A stretch of 64,000 nucleotides of DNA from positions 1 through 64,000 of the IMG/VR virus record IMGVR_UViG_3300020444_000002. One strand, 5' to 3'. The notes beneath the pieces were generated by a model that did no database searches, was not told where the DNA came from, and worked only from the letters and a program-made list of their open reading frames with translations. Numbering within the stretch: position 1 is the first letter of the stretch; every line of letters starts with the position of its first letter. The stretch is from a virus. Made by a program: the position numbers and the translations under genes. Below are positions 38,801 through 50,012 of this stretch, in pieces.

Positions 38801-41800
38801 GGTCGAACCACCAACTTCATCGGCAAATTCTCTACCACCAAAACCCTCCGCCAACTCAATAACAGAGTGTCTATTAACGCCTTGTTCTAGAAAGCCTTGT
38901 AAAAAGTTTTTCATCTTATCCTTGGTCTCATAAACCTCGGATAGCAAGGTGACGTGTTGCGGGCTGTCTTTCACCCAATAAGCTTTACATATTGCACCAC
39001 CGCCTATACTCGGCGTAAGTATACTGCCATCATCCAAATAATTTAGGTCATTATTCGGCGATACATAGAAGAATGCTCTATCCTCTAATGCTTGTTTTAA
39101 TTCTTTTGCCATACTCACTCCTCACTCTCTAGTTTAGATTTGATTTCTGATATGCGGTCAAACACCCGTTTCGCAAACATCTGTGCTCCACCCGGCATAT
39201 CAACCCGTATTTTATTGAAACCATCGACCTCCTCTAAACGCCCTTGCCAGTACCAGGTGAGGAGGGCTTGTTTGGCTTCCTGAATATATTTGTTATATTT
39301 TGCCATTGTTTTTGCATTGTGTTTTTCAAAATCAACTTCTGGGAAATATACCTTTAGAAGAATATCCTCTACAAACCTCTCTGCGTCTTGTGTGTTAGCT
39401 GTCATGATTATCCTCCGTAGAGGTTAGTGCGGCAAGGAGGTTGGACTGATAATCCGTAACACCATTGCAATAACCTGTATATTCGCCCATCTCACCAAGA
39501 GACATATTCTTTAATTCCCTGGCAGACATTGCGCCAAGTCCTAAGCCTGGCTTCGCACTCTGCACTAGCTCTCTTGTCGCTTCTATGATGGCTGCGTGGG
39601 CTTCCCCTTTTACGGAATAACCTGCGTTGTATGCGTGTTCAAGCAGCTCATCTATCCGTTCACTATATTCAGTTGGGTTTAGTTTTTCACCCCATTTATC
39701 GTAGTAGCTATCATCTTTGGGGTTGAAATACTCATCGTTGCTAATTGGTAAATATAAATCGTATTTGATACATATTTTTAACGCCCAATCATAATCACCA
39801 TAAGTTATTTCATCTTCTGTATGTCCCATAAGCATAGAGCAGTTTACTAATTTGTACCCCTGTTCTGATTTCTGATTATTAAAGTGTTGCGTAATAGTAT
39901 AACGTCTATCGCCAACAACGTTCTGATTCGGCATACCATTCTGTTTACTCATTGTGTACCTTCCTTTTTGAGTTGAGCCTCTAAGGTTCCGATTTCTTCA
40001 TCAATATAATCTGGGTGTATCTCAAAGCAGCCATCGTGTGCAGATAGACCGTCGCCTGTACTCAGTCGCCTCCAAACATTCAACTCACCTTCAGCTATCG
40101 CCCTGTTACGTTCTACTGCGATAAAGTCAGCTAACTCTGATACTTCGAATGAGTAAATATACTCGCCAGTTTCTTCATCTTGACCAACTGATATTGACAA
40201 GTCATGTAGAGCGTCTTTCAGTTCGTCATCCCCTTCCACTGCATACTTCTGTGCGTAGTGGGTTTCAAGGGCAGACCTATATTTAGATAGCATGTTTTCG
40301 GCGGCGACTTTACACTCTACTGCAACGGCATCATATTTCTCACCTGCATCTATTCTGTATTTCCAACTATCATAGTAGTAGTTGAATATACAAGCTCTAA
40401 TGTCACTCTCAATCCGCTTCATTGTCTTCTCATTAGTGTCGTTAGTGTTAGTCATTGTGGTTATCCTTCTTCAGCCTCGTTACCACCCCAATCACCACGC
40501 CATATAAAGCAGAATTTGAAAGCTTCGAGCATGATTGGATGTCCCGACACTGGATAGACCCATGGCCTCGGATTATCCCCTCCACCAATACCTATCCTTT
40601 CAATTGTTATTACCTCGCCCCGCTTATAGTTTGCGTAACCATCAGAATAGTTAAACATGCAAACGTATTCGTTATAATCTATAATAGTCATCTTTCCCTC
40701 CTATCCGCGAACAAGATGTCTTTCACCGGTACAGTTGGGTTCATTGTTGGGTCTTCTGACCACCCAAAATCACCAGTAGGCTCGCCACTATCAACATCAA
40801 AATCTACAAATAGGTAGTACCCTCTGCACTCTATTGTCACTTGTTCGATAGGCTTGCCGCCGTTTGCTATTTCAATATTAGCGCCTGTCTTTGCCCGGAA
40901 CCACAGTTTTTCAAAAATATTCATAATTTTCACCCTCTTTACCCACTTTATCTGATCTTTTTTACTGGTGTACAAAATACCTTTTTGTCATCTGCTATAT
41001 ATGCCGAACCGTTGCTCTCATAGCAATTATTAACATCAATGCGAAACTGCATAACCTCACTCGTTACCATCGATTGTACTAGCGCACTCTTTGGGATTAC
41101 AATAAACACTATGGCCAGTATGGACGCTACCAACGAGATGCCGAAAAAGAGTAGAAGAAGAAATAGTTTATTTTCTTCACTCATATTTAACACCCTGTTT
41201 GTAAAAGTTTATACCTTCATCAACACTTGTTTTGCTGCTAGACTTTCTGTACCCTTTGCTGATTTTTGCCATTCGCTTAATATTTCTCTCGCAACGTATT
41301 ACATCGCGCCAAGCCATTAGGCCTTTATATTGAGCTATAGCGCCAACAACAAACAGTAGGCAACCTATTAATGGGTTGACACCAGATAAAAGTACGATAG
41401 AAGACAATAGCATAGAAGATGAACCCCACCTTAGATGGATTATTGATTCTGTACAGGCATTGTACATCCTATGATGCCCTAACTCCTTATAAAGAGGCTT
41501 GCTCATAATTACTTGCCCTTATCATCTTTCTTGCCAGCTAAGTACCCAAGCCTAAAGCCTACAATCGGCGATAGCAAAAGGGCGATCAGGATTATAAGAG
41601 GTTCAATCATGAATACACCTGCTTTCCAAATAATGCGAACTGTATTACTGTGTCCACATCGTACATATCCCAGTCGTCAAAATTGTCTTTACCGTATAGT
41701 GCGATACCATTTAAGAATTTCTTAAGCGTTAGGGTATGGTATTTTTCTTCTTCGGCGTCTCGTATCCTAATACCATAGCCGCGGATTAAAGCTTCAGTAA

Positions 41801-42169
41801 GATACATATCTTTATCTTCAGGCTTTATACGCCCTTGTACCTTTATATCATCGGACCAATAGATTATTCCTGCTAGGGCGCTGGACATAATATCCTCTAT
41901 ATCTAGATCGCTGATGTTGATTATATGTTTAACGGTGTAGTTCATTATTCACCCACCAATTCTGCTAAGTTTGCAGCGAGACAAAATTCAGTAGCGAATT
42001 TCTCTAAATTCTCTTTTTTACCAGAAATTTCATAGAGGTTCGCACCGCCCCAATCTACTATGTCCGTATCGTTGATTTTAATGTCGTATTGAGTAGCCAC
42101 CTTATCAACATCCCAGTAGACTTCGTCGTTCTTGTCTTCCGAGTTGTACAAACCTATAGTGTATGTCAT
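35859..42169 (-). other. Run of about 18 short hypothetical early genes (e.g. 38110-38592 with CxxCxGxG zinc fingers)
   Basis: Overlapping stop/start ORFs on the minus strand behind promoters at 42202-42233 and 36130-36162. Confidence 0.7.
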
Positions 42170-42288
42170 TTTTTAAAGCCTTTCTTAGTTCTTTATACTT
42201 TAATTATAGCTCATTTTTGCTAAAAACGCAAGCTTTTTTTTCATATTTTGTCTTTAAAAAATAGACAACCTTTGACATCTATCAGTTC

Positions 42289-42884
42289 TAACAACATAGC
42301 ACCAACGGGGTACACGTCACATAAGGCGACAAACATGGTAATGCGCCAGCTCGAAAACGCGTGGGGGCCGAATGACGTTTTAGTAAGGATCCCCAAAAAA
42401 CTACATACCCCATTAGTGTTATATTGTTAAATTATATGCACCCCTATAAGCGCACTGTGCCAGCTTGAAAGCTATACCGGATGCTCGACGGCCCCTTCCC
42501 AAGGCTTTTCTATGGTCGAAATATTACCCTTCAAGCCAGCACACTATGCTCAATTATTAATGATTACTGCGTACCAAGTACACAATGCTGGCAAGTAACT
42601 CTTTTGTCGTGCAGGGAGTGAGATTGAGGTTGCGATCCTTGCTAGAACTACTATCGTGACTCATTTGCTACTTACCAGTATGGTATATTTGGTTTTAATG
42701 TACTTATTAAGCGTATGGTGCTAGTAGCAAATACCTCTTAGGGCTAGCCTGACTCCCGTCTGATTCGCTCGTGGGTTTTACACGTCGTTTTCCGTATGGA
42801 TGGTACGGCTGTTCTAGCGTTGAACTATACGAATCGGTCTGTGCCTAATCTCTTTGCCTTACTACCAGCACTACTACGCTTAAT
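42289..42884 (-). ncRNA. Array of four stem-closed RNA cassettes (42706-42884, 42573-42693, 42447-42552, 42289-42429)
   Basis: Each bounded by a ~22-27 bp imperfect inverted repeat with G-U pairs favouring the minus strand; dedicated promoter; no sense ORF in the track. Confidence 0.7.
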
Positions 42885-42907
42885 TGTCAATGTTCTTTCC
42901 TAACTTC

Positions 42908-42940
42908 AATTATGCGCCTTTCTGCCTAAAAACGCAAGCC
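42908..42940 (-). promoter_or_regulatory. Repeated phage promoter driving the RNA array; other minus-strand copies near 29008, 36130, 42202, 45067, 48250, 49073, 49915, 50386, 51697, 58611, 60304, 62814
   Basis: TTGCGT-17 nt-CATAAT. Confidence 0.8.
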
Positions 42941-43125
42941 TTTTGTTAACAATTTTTACCACCAATCTTCCTTTAGTTCCACCGCTATAGTCGCGAGAAT
43001 TTTTTTTATTTCGACGCGACGCTTTTCTATATCAGCAAGCTCATCCTCAAGTTCTTTTCTTTGCTCAGGAGAAAGGCTTCGGTACATAACAAACACTCCC
43101 GTCTGGACTCCAGCGCCAGTATAAT

Positions 43126-43908
43126 TTATTTAACTGCATGATACCACTCCCTCCAGTTCTCTAACTCTTTTCTAACATCATGCGTTGGTCGCCAATATGT
43201 ATCTTTTTTGAGTTCTATACTACCATTGCTCATAAGAGCGCCAGTATCTCCTTCGTCGCGCTTCGAGTCGTCTAGAACGTACTTAGCTCCCATAAGGTCG
43301 GCAACCTGCCGTATGGAAAGATGAGTGTCTCCTAATTGGTAGTCTCCAACAATATCGGATTCAGCCGCAATAACAAACGCCAACGCTGCATCCTTCACAT
43401 GGATAAAGTCTCGTATCTGTTCACCTCTCATGTAGAGAGTTAATTCCTTATCATTTAGAATACTCTCCGCTAGTAGTGGTACAATATGAGTTTCTGGCTC
43501 GTGGCGTTCCCCTGGACCGAATGGGTTAAACATACGAAGCGAAACACTATTTTCTGGTAAAAGAACCTCTCCTAGCCGTTTCGTATAGCCATAGGGGGAG
43601 AACCTGCCATATACCGCTGCGGAGGAGGCGAACACGACACGTTTAGCACTAGATAGCCACTTTAAGTTACTGATATTATTATCAACATACTTCCACGGAT
43701 TCTCAAAAGATTCTTTTATATCTATATCTGCCGCAAGATGAATCACAACATCAAATTTTGACACATTAGTGCCACTAAGATATGAACCAAGCTTCCTATC
43801 AACACCATATACCTCGTGTCCTCTCTCCTCCGCGATACGAAATACATGCTTACCGATAAAGCCTTTGTGCCCAGTGACTAATATCTTCACTAATCTCTCC
43901 ACCACCAA
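43126..43908 (-). CDS. NAD-dependent epimerase/dehydratase
   Basis: ILVTGHKGFIG, HLAA, SSAAVYG, YGYTK, RDFIHVKD. Confidence 0.92.
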   Translation of the reverse strand: MVVERLVKILVTGHKGFIGKHVFRIAEERGHEVYGVDRKLGSYLSGTNVSKFDVVIHLAADIDIKESFENPWKYVDNNISNLKWLSSAKRVVFASSAAVYGRFSPYGYTKRLGEVLLPENSVSLRMFNPFGPGERHEPETHIVPLLAESILNDKELTLYMRGEQIRDFIHVKDAALAFVIAAESDIVGDYQLGDTHLSIRQVADLMGAKYVLDDSKRDEGDTGALMSNGSIELKKDTYWRPTHDVRKELENWREWYHAVK

Positions 43909-45375
43909 ATATGTGGGCTTAGGACATCATCCTTAACCTCATAGTGGCCATCTACCTTCCAATCATCCCAAGAGTCAAAGTCGTCATCACCGCGTGTTGG
44001 CGGTCTGAACCCTGGCTCAGTCTCAATAATGACGGCATTCTGTTTTTCAATGATGCTTTTAATGGTAGCTGGTTGGTCGTGATACCAGATTTTTCTACCA
44101 GGCAACGCCTCACGACTCTTTTTGTCGAACCAATTACTAGGATGCTCGCTATACTCGTCGATCAATCTATCAAGATTCTTCATAACGCGCTGTGGTTCAC
44201 GCCCAAATACTTCTACAAGCGGTACGCCATCAACGATAATTTTCCCGACCACACTCTTACGAATCTCATCACCGCTCAGTTCTGATTCTTTCTCGTAGTT
44301 ACTACTCTCTATCTGAATATCAATCAAACGGCGGAAACCGTCAAATGGAACTATGCTGCCAGATGGTCGTCTTAAATAGATATTATTGTCTCGGCGACTA
44401 TGTGGAAACTGGCCAAAAATTAAATCTCCTTCCGCCACAGTATCAAACGCTTTAGCGTCTGCTTGGTCGCCTACTCCCCATTGTTCGCTCATTTATTATC
44501 CCCTCGTAGGAGTGCTTTCTCCAAAAGAAGCTTCTCCAGTTAATTGTTTTGTTAATAGTTTTCTTATATCTATGCCACTTTCCTCGGCTTTAGATAACGC
44601 ACCCCTTAAAGACACGCACATCTCTACAGCACCCCAAGACTGACAATCCCAACCAGTGTAGTCACAACTACCATTGACATACGCATAAGTGTGGTCTTTC
44701 ATAGCGACAACCCAATGGAATTCTGGTCCATCATTCTCTCCTTGCAAGTAAGCAAGTACATAGGCTACATCTTCTAATGCGAAGCCCTTTGTGTCCGTAA
44801 TGGCATAATTCATTGCTGATGATAGGTCATAATCTATACGACGTTCTATACAGTCAGTCTCGTGGTCGTAATAATAACTCATCTACGCACCCCAAGCCCA
44901 TTTCACCAGCCAAACAATACCGACTATGACTGTTATCCAAAATACTGCAATAAGCGCTAGCATACCAAACCATACAGCTAACACAATAGCCAGCGCTTGT
45001 TTTTGGTGCTTAGCCTCAAAAATTTCTCTCTTAGTTCTTTTGTTCATATTATACCCCTTATGTTTTAATTATATTCTTTTTTAGACGAAAAAGCAATGTT
45101 TATTCACTCATATCGACCTTCCAATAAATACTACAAATTGTACACCACTGAGTGATATCATCACCAGAAGGTGTGTGTTGGACACTCTTCCAAGCATTGG
45201 GGAAAGCGCTATGATAGCAATGCGCTTTGTTTATGCAATCTCCAAGCTTCTTATTGCTAGTCGCTTCTATGTTCCAGCCAATAAATTCATAGCCAGAACG
45301 CATAAGATTCTCTTCTTCCGGCGGAATTTCTCTATACGGTCTTTCTTCTATTTTTGTAGAATATGGTGATTTCAT
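43890..45375 (-). other. Hypothetical ORFs 43890-44492, 44496-44882, 45100-45375
   Basis: Co-oriented ORFs with no recognised domain. Confidence 0.6.
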
Positions 45376-45857
45376 GATGGGTCTCCTAGTAAGCGATGTA
45401 TGTTAGGGATTAAATCCCATATAGCCCCTTCGCCCTTTCTTAAAATATTTTTTTGAGGGCGCGATGCCTTCATTTGTTCTGTAGTAACTAGTTTATCACT
45501 TTTACTGCCATTACAGGGGTCGCACATAGGTTGTTTGTTGTCTAAATGTTCCGTTTGTTCGGCGGTCCACCCCAGCTGCTTGCATACAGCCTTTGGAATA
45601 ATGTGGTCAACAGTCATAAGTACAAAATCATCTGTGTATAGGTCAATATGATAAGCCCCAACAGTTCCACGCTTCTTATATCGCTTATAACTAGGCATTT
45701 CCTGCCCAACGGCTAGAAATGTCCCCACACGGTTACAAGAAACGCAAGCCAAGCCCTTCTCTGCGAATACCATTAGCCTGTCGTGGCCGTTGTATTCTGT
45801 GTACAGGTCAGATATAGGCAGGAACTGTACTAACTCTTTACCGTGCGGAAGTTTCAT
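45372..45857 (-). CDS. HNH endonuclease-like protein
   Basis: CVSC...MTVDHIIPK...NKQPMCDPCNGSK. Confidence 0.8.
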   Translation of the reverse strand: MKLPHGKELVQFLPISDLYTEYNGHDRLMVFAEKGLACVSCNRVGTFLAVGQEMPSYKRYKKRGTVGAYHIDLYTDDFVLMTVDHIIPKAVCKQLGWTAEQTEHLDNKQPMCDPCNGSKSDKLVTTEQMKASRPQKNILRKGEGAIWDLIPNIHRLLGDPS

Positions 45858-46371
45858 TTCTTTCTTCTCTCTGCTTCTTGGCTATTTTAACTATATACTC
45901 AAACGCCTCGACATTACCCATAGCGTCATTAACGGGGTTATGGTCATGTTTAGTTTGGCGGAATCGTTTCCAACTCTGAGTCTCCCCAAAGTTATTATTG
46001 AGTCCAGCCCAAAAGTCAGATATTCTTCTCCCACTATGCCCGAATGGGTTGTACATACCAGCCCTGTCATACATACCAGCAATCCACATCCAGTCGTAGG
46101 CTACATTGTCAGAAACAAATACAGGCCGATCATTCTTACAAACCTCTTTGAGCCATGTGGTAAATCGGGAAGCTACGTTATCGTCTGTGTCTATCCTGTC
46201 TCCTACGACTGGCACAGCTGGGTTGTCTGGGTCTGGAGTACCTTCAAACAGTTTGCCGTGAAATGTTTGCAAAGTGTCTCTATGAACGGCTCCGAACTCA
46301 GTCATCGTCCCGTTGACGGGGCTTGTGCCTAGTGCTTCTACATCTACAAATATATAATTACTCATCTTCAA
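45838..46371 (-). CDS. DEDDh 3'-5' exo(ribo)nuclease
   Basis: IFVDVEA...DNVAYDW...NPFGHS...HNPVNDA. Confidence 0.82.
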   Translation of the reverse strand: MKMSNYIFVDVEALGTSPVNGTMTEFGAVHRDTLQTFHGKLFEGTPDPDNPAVPVVGDRIDTDDNVASRFTTWLKEVCKNDRPVFVSDNVAYDWMWIAGMYDRAGMYNPFGHSGRRISDFWAGLNNNFGETQSWKRFRQTKHDHNPVNDAMGNVEAFEYIVKIAKKQREERNETSAR

Positions 46372-46469
46372 CCCCCTCGATGATTATTAGTTCTGGCAAT
46401 CTTTGTACATCGAGTAACTCTTTTAGGAGTTGCCCTTTCTCCCAATCCAAGGTGTATGTTTTTATTATT

Positions 46470-46898
46470 TTACGCATTTAAATGCTCCGTTACTGCTTTC
46501 GCTATTTCTGGCGTCAAGCCTTCCTGCCAAGTAGTCCTGAAAAAGTTTGGTGCTTGGTATGCTAACATGTCCATATCATCGTCCAAGATTGCATAACGAG
46601 TATATTCCTCGTGGTTATCTAGGAACGCCTCAATTTCGTATCCCCTGTCTTTACCGCGCAAGTCTGGGGTTACACCAACGAAGTCCACCACCTGCCTACG
46701 GACATCTTCCCTGCTCTCTTTCAGTAGCCTCCATGTGCTAGAAAGAACCACATCGCACCCTGTGTCTAGCTGTATCTTACCGACCAGGAATGCTGCATAT
46801 GGGTCTATACCAAGAACTCCACGGTTCTTCGTGACAGCAGCGAATTTGGCACTGTTACAAACACCATCAATATCTAGGAATAATACTTTCTTACTCAC
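46470..46898 (-). CDS. HAD domain protein (Swiss-army-knife RNA repair type)
   Basis: LFLDIDGV...VLSSTWR...RGYEI...YAILDD. Confidence 0.85.
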   Translation of the reverse strand: MSKKVLFLDIDGVCNSAKFAAVTKNRGVLGIDPYAAFLVGKIQLDTGCDVVLSSTWRLLKESREDVRRQVVDFVGVTPDLRGKDRGYEIEAFLDNHEEYTRYAILDDDMDMLAYQAPNFFRTTWQEGLTPEIAKAVTEHLNA

Positions 46899-49041
46899 CG
46901 TGTTCCCCCTTAGCCCTGTCGAGTGTTTCCTGCGTCACACCTGCCGCCTTCACAAACAGCTCGTACTTAAATGCCGGGTTGTCCTTTTGTAGGTCAATTG
47001 CTATCATATCCGCAACATATAGCAGGTTATCCTGGCCTAAGCTCGCACATTTTTTTATTGCTTCTGCGATTAAGTAATAATCTTTTCTTGTCATGGTCCC
47101 TTACCCCTATAACTTTTGTTTTTATAATTTTACTACGTCTGAACTATTGTCTATTTTTAATATTTCACCATCCTCTCTAACATCAGTACAATAGCCGTAA
47201 TCTATTTCCTTACAACGCTTCATCGTGTATGTAGACTCCGTAAGTGTGAGCGTTATAGCACAGCCACCATCCTCCTGCTGGATAACAGTGCCCTTACTAC
47301 CGTTAAAATCGCCAGCAATAATACCAACATCGTCGCCCTTTTTCACTACCGTTTTACAATCATTTGGGTTGTCTGGGTCAACTGGTTTCGGTGGTCTTGT
47401 TAAAATATAAACTATAACAAGCGACACAACTGCAATAATACCAGCAGGAACAAATACCACAGTGAAAACCTCACCAATCGGCCTGTACGGGCGCGTCCCT
47501 GACCTTCTTTCGTATGTGTCTCTGTCGTATTCTCCTCCATATTTTTCATTCATCTCCGCAGCCCAAGCGTCAGCCTGTTTGTTCCAATTGTTTATCTTTT
47601 CCCGTCTCTTCCTTAATGGCCGTTCTAGTAAAAACATTAGCTACCTCAATTCGTCTATTTTCTGTGTAATATCTTGAATAGCATAATACTTTGGATTACC
47701 GAGCAGTAGGATAGTACCGTAGAAGAAGGGTAAGCTTGCAGCAAAAGCGATTAAAGACCAGTAACCAACAACAGTAGTCAGGAAAACACCGCACCCAACT
47801 AAGACTAACGCCGTGAATAGCTCAGTCACACCTTTTACAACATATTGTCTTACAAAAATTGACCACAATTCAATCGCGGCAACACCAAGCCCTTTCGCTA
47901 GAGCCTCAAGCCCAGCCTGTATAGTAGAAGGGATTTTAGCATCGATAACCGCTTGTTGGGCGTCTTTAGTCCTACCCATTAGAATACCTCCCTATCTTTT
48001 TTTTCTTTGACTTTTTCGTCAACAACATGCCCTACAAGTCCGCCGAGAACTCCAGTTAACAAGCCCTTGTTTTCTTCTACTTTATCCGCAAGAAAATACC
48101 CCAAAACAGCTCCAATGGCTGCACCTTTGTTGTCTTTTACGGTTTCTGGTAACTCTTTTGTCAAAGTAGTAAGCGCTTTATCGACTACTTTTTTAACATT
48201 CTTTTGCTCTGCCACGTTTTATACCCTCTCTTTTGTTGTTTATACCCTCAATTATGCGCCTTTTTTCAGAAAAACGCAAGCTTTTTAGCTTTTAATTCGA
48301 CTATCTATAACTTCATTCACCTTTAGCGCAATATCCTCTGAAGGTGAGTCTAGCTTATCGCCCAATTTGACATATTGTTGTTCAGCGACAACATTTAAGA
48401 ATTCCCTTAACCTATGGCCCATTTGGCTCGAGTAAGCTTTTAATATATATTCTGCAATAGCAACTTGCCCACCTGCTGCACCAATCTCCATAGCTTCCTG
48501 TACATCTTCTTCTTTATATGTTGCCGGCACTTAATCCCTCCCGTCTATAAATATTTTTAATGTTCGGCCATCGTCTTGAAGAGAGCCTTCTATTTTCTTA
48601 CTTGGGTCGTTCAATATAACCTGCCTCCCAATGGCTGTTGTACCATGACACGCTGGACACTCAAGCCCCTTAAAAGCTCCTTCAACATCTATTCTCCCAG
48701 TACCCTTACAGGAAGGGCATGCAGTATGGTCGATGACCTCTAACCTAGTTACCTTAGACAAATCACTACTCATTCCATGACCTCTTATACCTAGCTTGGT
48801 AAGCGGAACGGCTTAACCCAGTTTGTTTTAGGCACTTCTCTTCCATCTCTGCTTCGTAATCAGCAGCGTCCATGAATTCCTCTTGGACTAAACGGCTAAC
48901 TTGCTTTACGACAATTTTATACTCTCTGTTTACTGGAATGTGACGGACCATCGCCCGTTTATACCCCATTGCCTTAGCTTCCGCTTCAGTTTTGACAACA
49001 ATATCCTGCTGGTATGGATATTCAACTGTTATTGTTTTCAT
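46891..49041 (-). other. Small hypothetical and membrane ORFs (46891-47094, 47122-47637, 47641-47979, 47979-48215 glycine-zipper, 48285-48530, 48531-48773, 48766-49041)
   Basis: Co-oriented ORFs behind promoters at 48250 and 49073. Confidence 0.62.
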
Positions 49042-49133
49042 TTATAAGCCTTTCTTAGTTACTTATACGGCTAATTATGCGCCTTTTTTCAAAAAAACGC
49101 AAGCTTTTTTTCACAAATTGTTATAGAAAGTAA

Positions 49134-49664
49134 CTAAGATTGTGTTCCAAAGTGAGAAACTGTCAACCAAGTCTTCTCGCCAATACCGAGAAAATCTACA
49201 TAGCTGGTACACGCACCCTGCTCCTTGTATTGTTTAGACAGTATATTTTTCCTATGGGTCGGTGATTCCATCCAGCTACTTATAAGCTCTTTAACATTGT
49301 CTTGCCCGTACGCCAAGTTTTCGCCAGCGTATCTATAACTATAACCGACTTTCTTGAACCAATGCCACGGCCTTGTACCGTTAGGGCTTATATGCGCCCA
49401 ATAGCTGTGTTCAACCATGTCTTCTAATTTTTCACAAGCTGAGTCGTTTAACTTTTTATTCTCAAGCAACGCTTTTAGGCCTTTGTCTTGCCTTTCTTCG
49501 TTTATAAGTGCCATCTGGTTTTGGATTGTCATTGCATTATCGGTGTATCTTGGGAATGTTCCTGATTCACCTCGCGATAGAGCTAAAATAAATAATACAA
49601 ACACAGCGAACAGTGCGATTACAACCTTCAATTTATATTTCCTCCCCACACTCACGACAAACAA
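49134..49664 (-). CDS. Exported CAP/SCP domain protein
   Basis: INEER..GL...YWAH...AGENLAYG...WMESPTHRKNIL; N-terminal TM. Confidence 0.9.
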   Translation of the reverse strand: MFVVSVGRKYKLKVVIALFAVFVLFILALSRGESGTFPRYTDNAMTIQNQMALINEERQDKGLKALLENKKLNDSACEKLEDMVEHSYWAHISPNGTRPWHWFKKVGYSYRYAGENLAYGQDNVKELISSWMESPTHRKNILSKQYKEQGACTSYVDFLGIGEKTWLTVSHFGTQS

Positions 49665-49908
49665 TAACTCTTTCCATACTGGTTATGTTGCCCTCTTTTA
49701 CCTTTTTCCATTTCTCTTCCATGAACCTACTGCCATGCCCGTTTGGGCACTTTGGTTGTCTCGCTATTGCGATAGGTATATAAATAATTAACCAAACTAT
49801 CGGTGCTATAACAAACAACGTGAACAATACCCAAAGGACAGTAGATTGAAATTCAGCATCCCTCTGGGCGCTAAGGATGTATTCTGCGTGTGCTTCGTAT
49901 GTTTCCAT
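49633..49908 (-). CDS. Membrane protein with zinc ribbon
   Basis: TM plus CPNGH...CRECG; leaderless start. Confidence 0.6.
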   Translation of the reverse strand: METYEAHAEYILSAQRDAEFQSTVLWVLFTLFVIAPIVWLIIYIPIAIARQPKCPNGHGSRFMEEKWKKVKEGNITSMERVIVCRECGEEI

Positions 49909-49950
49909 GCCGCTAATTATAGCTCATTTTTGCTAAAAACGCAAGCGTAA

Positions 49951-49985
49951 AACAAAAACACCCCCCGCTAAAGAGGTGTTTTGTT
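49951..49985 (-). terminator. Intrinsic terminator
   Basis: AAAACACCTC-loop-GGGGTGTTTT followed by T-rich tail. Confidence 0.75.
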
Positions 49986-50012
49986 CGATTGGCTTCTTCT
50001 ATCCACCAATCT

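Noticed and set aside
42289-42884. CRISPR array, Y RNA or small-ribozyme interpretation of the cassette array
   Set aside because: No identical direct repeats or cas genes; the stems lack the bulged-C Ro60-binding helix; hammerhead, hairpin and pistol core motifs were not found by eye.
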